Counted from the stretch's first letter, positions 11,759 through 30,432 are shown. The stretch: 64,000 bases of DNA from the human T2T-CHM13v2.0 reference genome, Homo sapiens (GCF_009914755.1 NC_060925.1); one strand, 5' to 3'. Made by a program: numbers and translations. The notes: generated from the sequence alone by a model not told the origin.

Positions 11759-12710
11759 ACACTGAATAAGCCAAAACGTGTGCCATATTCTAGGTTTCTG
11801 CTTTACTTAACTGGCAAAATTTGGTGCTGTAAGGGAGGCAGCCACAAAACCAGTGATAGCATTTGTTAGTATCATCTTAGTTCTCTTCCCTCCCCTAGGT
11901 AGTTTATAAAGGGTGATTTCTGAAACCCTTCACAAAAGAAAAGCTCAAGGGTTTACATTCAACTGTGACAGCACTATGAATTCATTAAGAAGCATGTTTC
12001 AGGTTGCACTGTAATTTCCCTATGTAATACAAACCCATGGAATCTGACATAAGCTGATTGCTCATGCTGGTTGTTTTATTTACATTTCTGAATGGAAAGG
12101 ATTTCAATACTCATAAAATATCTAACTGGCTTATTTTTCATCTGTTCTCCCAGAGAAGCTATTATAAGATAGGCATAGAGACAGAAGTCTCAACTTGTAT
12201 AACTGGTTAAGCAACCAGGGAAATGTTATTGCTCAAAATGCAATTTTAAAAAATTCAATATGGAACTTGAGGCCAAAAAAACAGAAGGTTACTCTCAATG
12301 CCATCCAAAAGATAAAAGTTAAAAAAAAAAAAAAAAAAAAAGGTAACTATGCTCATTATTTTCAACCAAGTTCTATGGAGGTGGTACCTTCACAGGAGCT
12401 CAGTGGAACTGGGGTTTACTTACATCTTTTTTCTGGGAACCTAATGTTAGCAGACACAGTTGCTAGTTTGAACAGGAATGCAGATGAATGGATGAAAGTG
12501 GGCTCCCTACCACCCAGAAATATGAATGTGCCTCCTTACCAATATGCTACAAATCAGACCTCTGAATTAGAAGATGCCATCATGCAACTAACTTACTATC
12601 TGGAGATGTGTATTTTGTTAACCTAGGCAAAGAATAACAATTTCTGCTTATTCCAGTAGGTGTGACAAGCTCAGAGAAGTGAGCGACAAGCTAGAGAAGT
12701 AATAATTACC

Positions 12711-12716
12711 AATAAA
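12711..12716 (+). terminator. Candidate distal WNT2B poly(A) signal (AATAAA)
   Basis: Canonical hexamer with a downstream GU/U-rich element at 12741-12764. Confidence 0.55.
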
Positions 12717-12869
12717 GTAAATTCCAAAGCCGAATCCCCAGTTTTCTGCCTCCAAGTTGTTGTTCAAATAGTTTATCTTCCTTTCTTCTACTGCAACACT
12801 AGTTTAATCAGTACATTCTACAACTCTCTAGTATTATTATAATATTTGCATGAGTAGTTTAGAATTTAG

Positions 12870-13283
<414 letters not shown>

Positions 13284-15864
13284 TCTGTGCCTATTTTAAA
13301 ACATATATCCCAAAGTCATATCCCCAGTGATCCAGCTAGTCTGTTACTTTAATGAGACAGCTCAATAAAGATAGGAAATATTTTTTCAGTTACTTAAAGA
13401 GAAAATAATACTGGTGGTTCTCCCTGTAAAGAGGTAGAATTGCCAAAAAATGCAGAATTGATCAGCAAAACCCAGCTATAAAGAAAGGGCAAAAGGAACT
13501 TTATTTTAGTGCCTTATCCCAATATCCTTTTATTTAGTTTTTTGATTAACATGATGTGTGCCTATTTTCAGAATCAGTGACTGCCAGCTGCAGCTCTTGA
13601 CATTATCAAGTGAGCTCTGGAAAATTCTGGGTAGCTCTTTCCTATTCTCTCACATGCCCAAAGAACTAAGTAATTTTGGTCCTAACTCTTACTATTCTAT
13701 TCTTCTTCACATGAAATCACATTGTTTCATACTGAAAACCAGGATGGCTATTAGTTCTTATTAATCTGTCATTATTAGGAATGAGAGGATATAAAAGAGG
13801 TATATAAAATGTATGAGTGTAGAGCTTTTGTCTAAGGCAATTACTCTGTGAATCTGAGGTGAGACATTTCTTAAATTTTGAATTGTGGAGCTCTCCATTT
13901 TTTGATAAATTATATTCATATAAACATTATAATAAATAACACTGCTTACAAAAAGATGAATTCCAGCTGCTGAGTATAAAGATGAAAGTACTCCACATCA
14001 CATATTTGGAAAAGAATAAAGATATCTCTTTCTATATGTTCTTGCTTGACCTAACCGAATAAATTCTTCTGAAAGGAAGCATAATCTATTAGTCTAGACT
14101 GACCTTTTGGGTCACTATATCTTACGGGAGCCGTGTGAAAATAACTCACCATTCCCTTCCAGTCAAATAAATGAATATTCAAGGATGAACTCATCTATTG
14201 TGGCAATAGCTTCCACCTTATACTAATACATCTTCATGCCCATCTCAAACCCCCTACCACTAGACTATGAGTTACTTATGAACAGGGATTATATTTTATA
14301 CTTCACAGGTACCCAATGAATTTGAAATGCAAAGACCTGTTATATGTTATAGGACAATCATTACCATATTTTAGCATGTTATAGGACAATTAAAACCATG
14401 TTTTAATTTGCTGAGGCTCTTTACAAATCTAAACTTTGAAAACAAATCAAGACAGGCCCTATTGGAGTCCTTCCATTCAATAAGCCAACATTCAAAGAAG
14501 ACTCTTTTCAGGTTATCCAGGACTCTCTGAACTGCATGTTCTACTGCAGTTTTTGTTTTTTGTTTTTTAAAGGTGGTATTACAAGAGCTAAAATTCACCA
14601 AGGGCAAATTAGTAAGAAAAGTCTTCACAGCTAGGGCTTAGCCAAATTAGAATCCCTGGGCTCGCAATAAGGGCTAAACCCCTAAAGGGATCAGAGTCTA
14701 ATAAATAAAAAACATCCAGCTGAATTTTATCAGAGGGCAAAGTTTCAACTTTGAGTGCCCCAGCAACCAAGGATGAATTATGCATAAGATTAGTAAAGTG
14801 CCTTCGTCCACACCCTAGACAGAGAACATTTTTCTATCTCACTGTGACTGAAGGAAAACCAGCAATGTATTTGCCTGCCAAGAACAGCTGTGGCTGTACT
14901 CTTGATAGGAGTCTAACAACACTGTCGGATTAAAATTTAATTGTAAAGCTGCTGCTACCTGGGAGTAAAAGCATGAGCTCTGGCTTCAGAAAGAAACTGG
15001 GACTGCAGCATATTGAATAAATGAAGACGAGAGCTGGCATGTTCCTAACAAAGAGTGTGGGAATGTGCTCCCTTCTCCAACTGTCCCCTAAGCTGCATCT
15101 TTCTCTGTCACATTGGTCATCTGCAAGGATGTTTAAAGGAAACATAGCCCTTTTCTACACTTTGAACAGTTTTATTTCTAGAATGCTTGAAATTACAGAG
15201 TGAGGTCAGAAGGTGATTATGTGATCTGCATTCTCTGAATATCCTACTCTTAATTTTGTTAAGTATTATTGAATCCCAAATAATTTCTCTCCTTGAAGCT
15301 GGCTACTGTCAAGACAGACTTAAGACAATCTTAATGTTATTACAGAACAAAGATAATTTTATGATTTCCTCAAATTCAGATAGAACACCCAATTAAAACC
15401 CAATATTTTATTGAGGCCTCATGAGCATTAAGGAACACACCCAAGTTTCCTACCTATTGATACAATTACTAGAAGTACCTCTGCTACCTAAAATTCCTAC
15501 TTTAGGGAAAAAAGTTATAGGTTATGATATTTTAGACCAAAAGTTTATTATGTTCAGTTTATCTTTCCCCTACAATCCTTCACAAACTTGCCCTTTGATT
15601 TTGAAAGAAGACTGATATTGAAACATAAGGTATACATTTATACTTCATATTAAAACTTTAAAAAAGTAACTTGAGAGTCAAATTCCCTCTGAATCATTAC
15701 AAACCAGGGCTTACTGTTTCTTTAGTATTATTGTACATTTTAAGCACTTAGAGAGGCTGAAGTCTATGCAGTAACGTTTGAGTATGCAATGTAAATGACC
15801 AAGCGGCATTCTTTCTTAAGTAGCTAACTAGCAAGAGGAATGACATTGGAATGAATCAGTTTGA

Positions 15865-16547
<683 letters not shown>

Positions 16548-17571
16548 TTTCATTCTTTATTTTAAAGCATTGGAGTTCATCAAACAGACTTAAACTGTGA
16601 AGAGTACTCCCAGGCAGCTTATTTGCCCACTGATACTTGTCTTTGCAGTAAACATTTCTCCAACCTAAGCACCCTTTTTATTTTTCTGACAATCCACATC
16701 AGTATCTTCATTTAAAACTCTTCTCCAAATTTAACTCTTTTAGGAAAGTTTCTCTAGCAAGCCACTGGATATCACCACTCTGTCATTCTCTATTCCCTCA
16801 GCATTACTATCTCTGGTATGAAATTTATTCTTTTGTACTCATTTCAGTGTAAGTTATGAAGTGATATATTATTGAAATCAAAAGTATGTATCATGACTAA
16901 AAGTAATAAGCTATCTTATCAATTGTGTAATTTTAGGCACATCACTTAACTTTGATGACTCAAACTTTACATCTATAATGTTCCCATGGTTTCGGTAAGT
17001 CTATGTTCCAATGGCTCCAGTAAGAATAAATGAGGATATAAGTATAATCTCTTTTAAAAAATGAAGCACTAACTGAAGTCTGAGTTACTCTTGGTTTAGA
17101 ATTGTAATATATTATGTAGTCTCACTAATTTAGTTCATTTGATTGGTAGGGGAAGGGAGCCAAACTCCACCAAGATAAAAGCTAAAAACTATTCCTCAAT
17201 ATTATAATTTTCTTCTGTACCCCATGATTCTCCCAATTTAGAGGACTATGCTGGGTCTGCAAGATAGAGATGTTTTCTAAAACAAAGATCAGTGTTTCCT
17301 ATTGTGAATTATAATATCACTAGGAGAATGGGTTTCGAATGAGTGATTTATATCACTATCTAAGCACAGCTCTTCTAAAAACTGCTAAGCACTCCATGTG
17401 TCCCAAGCGCTAATGATTAAGCAATAAATATATCAGTAGCAGTTAGTGACATGATGTCCTAAATTTTAGCAATGAGATTTTCACTTTGAGGGGGAAAAAA
17501 GATGATTAAACATATGTGAAACAAATTCTGGGAGAGCTTCTGTGAACCTCATACTTGACAGGCACATGTTA

Positions 17572-18341
<770 letters not shown>

Positions 18342-19510
18342 TTAGAAGAGCTCAGTGCTTAGAAAATCTGGATGAATAATAATACCAGCAATTTCACAAA
18401 TTTCTTAGTTTGGTTCTTTTTGAAGCAGAAAAACAAGGATGAAACATGAGAAATACCCTTCTAGGAGGTAGAGAACGTCTTTTCTCTTGATCCAAAATCC
18501 CAGTTAGTAAAGAAAATTAAAATTGAATATGCGAGACTGCCCAAATAAAGACTTTAGATGCACCAACAATGGAACAAATATGTAAACATTTAAAAATTTT
18601 GACCTGTCACACAATAGGTTTATTTTATTATCTGTATTATCTCTGGGAAACAACTCAGATTTATAACTGTGGAAATAGCATGGTTATAGAATATTTTACA
18701 GAAATGTAAGTTTAGTTACATTTCAAAATGTTTTTAAAACTGTATCAGTTCTTACGAACTAAAAAAGTCTCATAGCTTTGAAAGTAATCCATTTTCAAAC
18801 AAAGTGAAGAAATTTATTTTAATCATTAATTTAATTTCTGAATGTGGCCCTAGGAATTTAATAAAGAAGTATACAACTATCATGTCACAGGTTATAATAA
18901 TGGAAAACTCAGAACCTTTAAAAAAACATATATTTTTCAATTGGTATACATTAATATATAGTTATAATTGTTTATTAACTCCCCCGGTTCTGAAGATCAA
19001 TCTTTTCCCTGAAAAAAATGGTAAGAATAGTGGACAAATCTTCCCAAAAGTTTTGTTCACTTTTCAGTAAAAGACACTTGGCATTTATATCTGCTTATTC
19101 TTTTAAAAATGTAATTTGGGAAGAAAAATTTTAATTATTTTTGAGAAGGGACTAAAGAAACCCCAGTGAGACATTCTGTAGAGAGGTTCTTTGTTAGTGT
19201 AACATCTGACCTTCTATATCTTTGGAAATCATGCAACTTGGCTAATGTAGTCCTTAAAGAATTAATCAAGCAGATTGTAAGGCCCTAGTTACAGTGGAGC
19301 CAGCCAATTATGAGTTGCTCAGAAATTCATCATTGGCATGTCCAACCACATTTTCCCACATAAAGATTAGTAGAAATATGTGGAAACAAAGCCCATTCCC
19401 ACCGCAGCACAGCTACAATATGCGTTCAGTAAAACAAACTTCAACAAAGTTTTGCTGTACTAAAACAGACAATTTATTTGGGAATCTCTGATTCCTACCT
19501 TTACCTGTAA

Positions 19511-19867
<357 letters not shown>

Positions 19868-20921
19868 CCAATTAGAGACTTTAATATTTAAACACACTTC
19901 TGAATTCAAAACACTAAAGTCACATACCACAAGTCTGAGTTTGTCAGTAAGTTAGTGAAACCCCCAAGACCATCTTTAAGTCTTTTCACTGTTGTGATAA
20001 TACCTTCCCAAGCCTTGCTAAGAAGAACACTTTTCTTGCAAGAGAAATTAAAGGGGCCAGAGTAGAAGATTGGTTCTCTAAGGAGAGGGCAGTGCTGTTG
20101 TTAAATAAAGAAGCTCCTTTCAGATAAGCAGAATCAGATTCCAGTTCAGTTGGTTTGCTGGCTACCCTTACTTTGAACTCTCATATTTAATCCAGCAGGC
20201 TTCAAAGCAGGTGAGAAAATGACCTACCACTTAAAAGCAATTTTTCCTTTTTCAGGAATTCTGGCCTTAGAGAATATCAGCTCTGATATAAGCACATTCC
20301 ACATCTCCAGGGATTTATGCAACACTTTTTCATTGCTCTGTGTCTAATGTCAGACTAGGTTTTCATCTCAGCCAGGAGAAAAATCAGGGGAAAAAAGTCC
20401 TAACTTGCTAAAAATGAAGTCTATTCCACATAGCCGTATACCATGCAAAAGAAGAGGCACTAAAACCATTAGCCATTCTAGTTCATTCCCTTTCATTTCT
20501 CTAAATCTGATGTACAGTGAGAATTATTTAAAATCAGTGTCCAGTGCCTGGCCTCACCATAACACAATTTTTTTAACAAATGCATTTTAAGAAATTCAAA
20601 CTCAATTTGCTCTGGCATGTGAGCTATTATGAAAAGATATTAGATGAGAAAGAGACAATGGTAACAATAAAGAAATTTAGGAAATTTTTAAAAAGTCTGT
20701 CTTCTGAAGTAGAACAAGTATGTCTCAAAGATTCTTCACCAATTTCTACTTTATTTGGCCATCAAATATCTGAATTAACTGGAAATGCTAACACAGACAG
20801 TTTGCAGCTTACCAACAGGTTCTGTTCTACAAGGTAGTTTGCCAGTGCCTAGAACCTGAAACATTTCTTCACCTTCTACATTCATATACACATAATGTGC
20901 CAGAAGCATAGTATTACAGTA

Positions 20922-21215
20922 TTTTTTTTGAGACAGGGTCTTGCTCTGTTGCCCAGGCTGGAGTGCAATAGTGAAATCATGGCTCACTGCAGCCTCCACC
21001 TCCCAGGCTCAAGCGATCCTCCCATTTTAGCCCCCTGAATAGCTGGGACCACAGGTGCACACCACCACGCCTGGCTAATTTTTTTGTATATTTGGAAGAG
21101 ATGGGGTTTCACCATGTTACCCGGGCTGGTCATGAACTCCTGAGCTCAAGTGATCCGCCTGCCTTGGCCTCCCAAAGTGCTGGGATTACAAGCACGAGAG
21201 CCATTGCACCTGGCC
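20922..21215 (-). mobile_element. Alu (J-like)
   Basis: Full antisense Alu. Confidence 0.93.
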
Positions 21216-21374
21216 TACTAATAGTGTTTTAAAAATTATACCCAATCACCATTTATACTACAGTTTCTATGGAAAAATGCATTTTGAGCTGACTGTTAGG
21301 ACATATCTCCTTTAAACAAGAAGGGGGTAGGGTTTCCCACTATTGCACTTTGGTGATGATGATGACAATAAAGG

Positions 21375-21622
21375 TAGCAACAACAGCTAACACTCACCTA
21401 GTTTTTACTGTGGGTAGACATAGTCCTAACACTTGCATATTTTAAAGTCATTTAACGCTCACCAAAACCCATGAGAGGTAGTATTATTCTCATTTTACAA
21501 CTAAGGGTAGAAAAGGTTAAGTAACTAACCCGAGGTTGTACAGCATTGTTTCAGGGCTAGAATTCAAAGCAAAGCAGCCTGCCTCCAGAATCTATTTCAT
21601 AATGACTCTGCAATGCTGCCTC
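21375..21622 (-). mobile_element. MIR
   Basis: cattttaca..aggttaagtaact..ctagaattcaaa..gcctccaga. Confidence 0.75.
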
Positions 21623-21689
21623 TTTTCCACCTTGACAAGGCAGCACTATCGAGCTGTTCTAAATTCCTCTTATTGGGGGTAGAGTACAG

Positions 21690-21860
21690 CAAGTTTCTCC
21701 AAGCTTTAAATGTATATATAGGATCACCTGGGGATCTTGTTAAAATGTAGATTCTGATTCAGAAGGTCTGGAATGGTGCCTGAAGTTATGCATTTTTCAT
21801 GAGCTCCTGGGTGATGGTGATGCTCCTACTGCATAGAGCAAACACTGTGAAGTGGTGAAG
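21690..21860. mobile_element. MER5A-like hAT MITE
   Basis: atcacctggggatcttgttaaaatgtagattctgattcag..ggtgatggtgatgct. Confidence 0.75.
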
Positions 21861-21929
21861 AAGTGTAATTTAAGCCTTTAGTTCCCTTGCTGTTTGTCTG
21901 TCTATAAAGGCATCTACACATTGTGTTTA

Positions 21930-22296
<367 letters not shown>

Positions 22297-23572
22297 TTAA
22301 CTCTTAAATGGAACCTGCCTTTGGAAATCCTGCACAAATATTGGTTTGCAGGAACTTTCAGTAAATACTTAGCTTTTAGGGTTTTAAAATGTACATGTAA
22401 AGGCCACAGGGATAAAAATGTGGCTGTAAAAGTTTACCATTAGGCACATTCTTAACACTATATACCATCACCTATACAGATACCAAAATAAATGCTTGTT
22501 TATTATCCATCAACTAGAAAAGCAGTATATCAATAACTTTTGGTCTGAAAAAGAAGCTTCCATTTAAAATATGTAATTATTCATTCTCAGTCTCTACTAG
22601 AGGAGTGCTAAGGAACTTATGCTATGTAATCGTAAAGATTCTTCTGGTGCCATTAGTGACTGCCTAGGTAAAGGCAGACACTATAAACATTAATTGTAGC
22701 TTGCACCCCATGGAAATATACTACTAACAGTTGGTATAGATCTATTCCAGATTCTAGATCTCCCTCCTTGCTCTATTTCACTTCCTTCCCACTCCACTTG
22801 CCTGAGACAAATCCAAGAATCATCTCTCCCATTGCTTGCCTGTGATCTCACATACACAGTTGCACATTTTCTTTCCAGCTATTAAATGGATGGAATTCTC
22901 TTTCTAGGCCATTTTTATTCGATGCCAGATTACATAGTAAGGTCATTTCAGTTTGAGATGCACTCACTCAACTATTAGCACTACTGCAAATAACAGTTAT
23001 GAGTATGATCACTAAGTGTTCATTTTACACTGAAAAGAAATAGAATAGTCAGTTTCCAAACCAAATAGCTATACTCCCTGAACAACAGTGGAAAGTCATT
23101 CTTCTTGAAGTTTGACCCAGAATCAAGTGCAGACTCAGACTCCTAGGCCTACAGCCAGTGGCAACTTAACACATTATATGGTTGACCTTCAGGGAAAAAG
23201 GGAAACCACTGCTCTTACCACTGGTGCCAGAAAAAAGCCAACTAATCTTTAAGGCACAAAATAAACTATTCTTAAGGCAGAAAAAGAAACTGTGAGGAAA
23301 CAAGTTAGAATGGAGGCATATAGAGAAAAATACAGAAAATACATTACCAAGTAAGGACTAGTTTTTCCATGGTTCTCAGTGTTTTCATTTTTGGGAATAT
23401 AATTAATCAGCATTTTCTTTTTGGGTTTTAACTCCTACTACCTGGTAGAAATGCAAAGATGTACAAGAAAGATGCATTTTTAAAAAGGCTTGGAGACTTA
23501 AAGGCAATTATCTTTGCTAATTTTACTTTGAGCCAGTGACATTAATAAGTTCATATAGAAAAGTAAATAGTT

Positions 23573-23866
23573 GCTGGGCATGGCGGCTCATGCCTGTAAT
23601 CCCAGCACTTTGGGAGGCTGAGGCGGGCAGATCACTTGAGCCCAGGAGTTCAAGACCAGCCTGGGCAACATGGCAAAACCCTGCCTCTACAAAAAATACA
23701 AACATTAGCTGGGCATGGTGGCATGTGCCTATAGTCCCAGCTACTCGGGGGGCTGAGGCGGGAGGACTGTTGAACCCAGGAGGCGGAGGCTGCAGTGAGC
23801 TGAGATCGTACCACTGCACTCCAGCCTGGGTCACAGCGAGACCTTGTCTCAGAAAAAAAAAAAAAA
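23573..23866 (+). mobile_element. Alu
   Basis: TSD aaaagtaaatagt. Confidence 0.95.
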
Positions 23867-24480
23867 GTAAATAGTGATGGGATACCCACTCTAGTATCAG
23901 TCCTCAAGTGTTAACTGGTTCAGGAAATGGGGAAGTAGTTCAAAACTAAAGGGTAAAAATGAAAATATAGAACTACACATGGTTCTATATCCAAGTCTGG
24001 GGAAGTAAGAACAAGCAGACACAATAACTTGGAGAACCTTTGAGACATAGGCACATTCTGTACCTAGGGACAAATGTCCCATCTGTTCCCCCGCCTTATG
24101 TACTTATTATCCATCCTAGTTGTGCTCTTGAGTTTAAAGTTCAACAAATCCTGAGAACTAATGATTTCATTTAAATGAAAAAAATCAAAGGGTTTGTTTA
24201 CAAAATAGGGTATTTTTAAAAATACCAAAGATAGTAACAAATGCTGTTTATCACCAAAAGTGATCTATAAGAGCAAACTTTATAATGTTATATTGTTACA
24301 ATCTTATATTGTATTCTTTAAACTTTTAAGCAACAGAAGTAGCTCAAATCACCAAAAATTTATGTTTGATGTATTTATGGCAGCAACTATATACAAATCA
24401 ATTCCTTTAATTTACAACAAATATCTTCCATTGTTCAGCTGGGTTAGCACAGGCAGATCAGAGATGGTTTCTTGTGTGTT

Positions 24481-24519
24481 TTACAAATAATCTACACAAG
24501 TCCTTGAGATCATACTTAC
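24481..24519 (-). CDS. ST7L: Alternative ST7L C-terminus by read-through of the donor: [12 protein letters not shown]
   Basis: Frame continues 13 codons into the intron to TAA at 24483-24481; ATTAAA on - at 24406-24411. Use of this end is inferred. Confidence 0.55.
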   Translation of the reverse strand, partial: VSMISRTCVDYL

Positions 24520-24659
24520 AGCTTTAGCAAAAATACCCATGATTTCAGGAAACTGGTGAGTGAGAATGGCTATCATTGCTGTAGAAGAGCAAAATCCTGC
24601 TGTGAAATGGATGAACAAAGGAAGCTCCTTTTTTGGGTAAACAGAAACATGATGAAAGG
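24520..24659 (-). CDS. ST7L: ST7L penultimate coding exon: (T)[46 protein letters not shown]
   Basis: ttgcag|CC acceptor, GCT|gtaagt donor, 140 nt, phase 1 to 0. Close to the ST7 segment [46 protein letters not shown]; hydrophobic, probably membrane-spanning. Not in the ORF track. Confidence 0.96.
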
Positions 24660-25044
24660 CTGCAATGGAGAATAGGTAAGAATCAATTTTATTTCAGAAT
24701 AACATGTAAACAAGTCTTAATCTTTTCAAATGAAATCTGTTTTTAAAAATTAAAAAGAAAAAAAATTTAAAAAGGAAAGTCTCTGGCTAAGCAAGGTAGA
24801 AGACAGTTATCCATTATTTATCCCAGCATCAACAGCATATCTAAATAGCCAGACAACTGTGCTGGGTGTGGGAACAGGATGGCGTCATGGGAAAGAATAT
24901 TGATTACAAAATCATGCTGAGGTGATTTTGAAAAAAAGCTTTGTCACTTATTAGCTATGTGATCTTGAATAAGTTGCTAAACCCTCTAGAAGTTGCTATG
25001 GAGAGTTGTAATGATGAACATTTTAAGTGCTTAATGTGAGTTGC

Positions 25045-25667
<623 letters not shown>

Positions 25668-25836
25668 ATTGAGTTGTTATTAATTATTGTTCTTTGGGAG
25701 CTCAAAGACTAGTATGGAGAAAGAGGCAGACATGTCATTGGTGATTTCCTAGGACCATCAGTTAATAATTTTACCCAGTTATTAATGTGTTTATATATGT
25801 GGCATTTCATTAGGCACTGTAAAACTAAAGTAGGTA

Positions 25837-26460
<624 letters not shown>

Positions 26461-28611
26461 CCTAAACTAGCAAACTGAAGGCCTAGGATTCTGACCATAA
26501 ATAAAGTCCCTTGTCTTATTTTACCATATTTACATATTTACTCAGCTATTATTTTTCTAGTGATTGGATATTTCGTTATCAATTATACTCAAGTATTTAT
26601 ATTTTATTTGAAATTTGAAAATACTTGAATAACAATACTGAGATGAGCCTATTAGAGTACTTAACATGCAGTAGGTGCTCAATAAATGTCTGCTAAACTG
26701 AGAGCTATTCTGGGACTTCATTAGGCCAGGAAGTTGACCGCTTAGGGCTGGATACTAACCCAGGAATTTCTGATGTAATATCCTGCATTAGTAAGGGATG
26801 ACTAATTTTGTGCTGAACCAAGGTCAGCTATAAATTTCACTTTTAAAACATAATGATTCACAGAGATTACACCTAAGCTTCCTTCAACAGCTATATTTTA
26901 ATTTTTATTTTACTATATTCAGAAAGTATATACCAAAACACAAACCCATTAAAAATCCAGAAAATGTCCAGAACCTTGAGCCATGATTAAAGTAAAAGCA
27001 CATCAAAATGGAAGTTTTAAAAGTTAGAAACATTAGAAACTGTAGAGAACATTGTGCTTTCAGCACCCAAAGAACCAGTCAGCAATCCCCTTTGCCCTGT
27101 CCCTCAGCCATGAGAGGCCAACTTCTTCTTCTTCCCAACTTCAAATCAAGAGAAACAAACCCTGCTATTCAAGAAGGTGGGAAACACATACAAGACAGCA
27201 AAGTTAGTAATATTACCTAACCTATATAGCATTTTATGGTTTATAAAGAACTTTAATTTATATTAGCTCATTTAATTCTTTTCAGTAACCCTAAGAGATA
27301 GTAGTATTCTCACTTTATAAGGTAGAAAACTGCATAGCTTTAGTGAGGAAATTTCCTAAAATATGAGATTTTTATACTGTAAGAGAGACCTAATTATTTC
27401 TTCCTGGATTGCTTTCTGTAGATTCATTTGTCAGTCAATGTTTGGCTAATACATCAAAATAATGGATGACTATTACAGAAACACTCCCTTGGAACGAAAG
27501 TTCAAATTTCATCACTGGCTTGTAGAGAAAAATTTATCAGAAGGCATAAAAGACGACTAAATAGCTATGTGAACTAGGGGAATAGTTCAACTCTGAACTT
27601 ATGAGGTCCATAAGCAAATTCCAGAATGCGGTAAGTCATATCAAAGTTGAAGGAAAATTAAAAACAAAAAACATTAAGTACTCCTGGGTATTAAAACTCC
27701 TTATTGTTAACAATTTGTTCATTCTTCCACAGTCAGAGACAGAAAAAAATACTCTAAGAACATAAAATATAATCAAACAAAACCCCCCAGCATATTCCCC
27801 CTCTCCTACCTTCTGGAGTTTGCACCAAGTTAGAATAAAGGCTTGCCAAGAATAAACTGTCTGGTCTTATAGCTTACAGCTTTGACAACATAATAACCCT
27901 GATTTTATTCATATTACTATGTAAAATTGGCCTTATATTAGACAACCTTTGCAATAATTTACAAAGGAGGGCATTATTTTAGGCTAAATGTATTAGCTTA
28001 ATATAATATACTCTTGCATATTGATGTTCCATAATTTAAGGTCCATTCTTTTGCCTTAAATATATTTGTTCCTGTTAAAATGGAAAGACAACAAGAACTA
28101 CCACCACCACCTCTTTAGAAAGGAAAATAAAATTTCTCTCATTAATGACATCTTAATTGCTAAAGTCAATGGATTCTTCTTAGTATTTACCTTACCTATT
28201 ATCTTGGATATTACTCCTCACTTGGAAATTTCTTCTTCCTTTTAGTTCTAGCATATTTAGTTTTAGTTCTTGTCCTGTCTCTCTGACAACCTCTTCACTG
28301 AATCTTCAACTGTCATTCTGCCACTCATTGCTTAGACATTTCTGTGCATCCATGGTTCCACCCTCAGTTCAATTCTCACTGTATACAGTTTTCCTTAGTG
28401 ATTTCATTTATGCCTACGACTTCTTTTGCTACCTAGAAAATAATGACTCCCAATTCTGTTTTTTGAGATGTACAGAGGAAGATATATGAGGACCGCTGGC
28501 AATTTTATTTACACAACCTAATCCTGTCTTTAGGCTACAGCTGACTGGACAAGGAATAAACACCTGGATAAATCTGATTCTCTCTCCCAGAAGTTTTAGA
28601 AGTGGGATTGA

Positions 28612-28915
28612 GGCTGGGTGCAGTGGCTCACACCTGTATTCCCAACACCTGTTGAGGCAGGCAGATCACTTGAGCTCAGGAGTTCAAGGCCAAGCTGGGC
28701 AACATGGTGAAACCTCACCTCTACCAAAAATACAAAAATTAGCCAGGCATGGTGGCACATGCCTGTGGTCCCAACTACTCAGGAGGCAGAGTGGGGAGGA
28801 TATTTTGAGCCTGAGAAGTCGAAGCTGCAGTGAGCCGTGACTGCACCACTGCATTCCAGCCTGAGTGACAGTGAAATCCTAACTCAAAAAAAAAAAAAAA
28901 AAAAAGAGAGAAAAG
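28612..28915 (+). mobile_element. Alu (J-like), probably inside an old MLT1-type LTR relic (about 28480-29355)
   Basis: TSD aagtgggattga. The LTR call rests only on a 3'-end-like tttaagctagtttgaagttg and is weak. Confidence 0.88.
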
Positions 28916-29725
28916 AAAAAGTGGGATTGAGATATTATTCATTCTGTATTGTCTGCCTGAACTCATGACATGTAAATAGAGGGCTGTAGGGGCCTCAAGT
29001 TTGGCCACATGGTTGTCTATGAAGGGAAAGCCAAACTGTAAAGAGAAAGATGTAAGAATGAAGTGGATACACTGAGAGAAACAGAAACGACAGAACACAG
29101 AAGGAGAAAATGGGGCTGGGGATGAAGGAAAGGAAAGTAAGAATAGGAAAGACTGAAAAAAGCAGCCAGGGACAGAGAGATATACAAATAACTGATTCCT
29201 GGAAATCCTAATGGCTTTCTAGTCCCCAGTTCTAGTCCCTTATGAAGTCCAAATATAATTGTTGCTATTGAGTTCTCTGATAACCCAGTGTTCTTCCAAC
29301 AAATTACTATTTATATTTAAGCTAGTTTGAAGTTGCTCTCTATTACTTATGCCTACAACATTCACTAATTATAAATATTATATGTATACTTCATAATATA
29401 CATTATATACATAACTTAAAAATATATCTATACCTATATATTATTTAGAGAGAGGAAAATATAGACTTGTATGTATATGTGTTAAGTAGATTATACAAGA
29501 AAATATTTAAGCATATAAATCTCTATATATGTACATATATATATACACATATACAGGTATGTATGTATATATGGATGAGATGTTACACAGGCAACATAGT
29601 CAAAGCTTGAACTTATTTATTTCCCTAACCCCTATTCCCAAATTGGCTCCTCCTGATATAGGATAGATTTACCATTCTCCAAGTCACCGAAGTCAGAAAA
29701 TTGAGAATCATTCTTGACCTCCTAG

Positions 29726-30432
<707 letters not shown>

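Noticed and set aside
12195-12626. 143-aa + strand ORF
   Set aside because: TTG start, poly-Lys from a genomic A-run, no recognisable domain, lies in the UTR region.
26518-26533. 16-mer attttaccatatttac shared with 12891-12906
   Set aside because: One AT-rich 16-mer match within 64 kb is about what chance predicts, and there is no flanking similarity.
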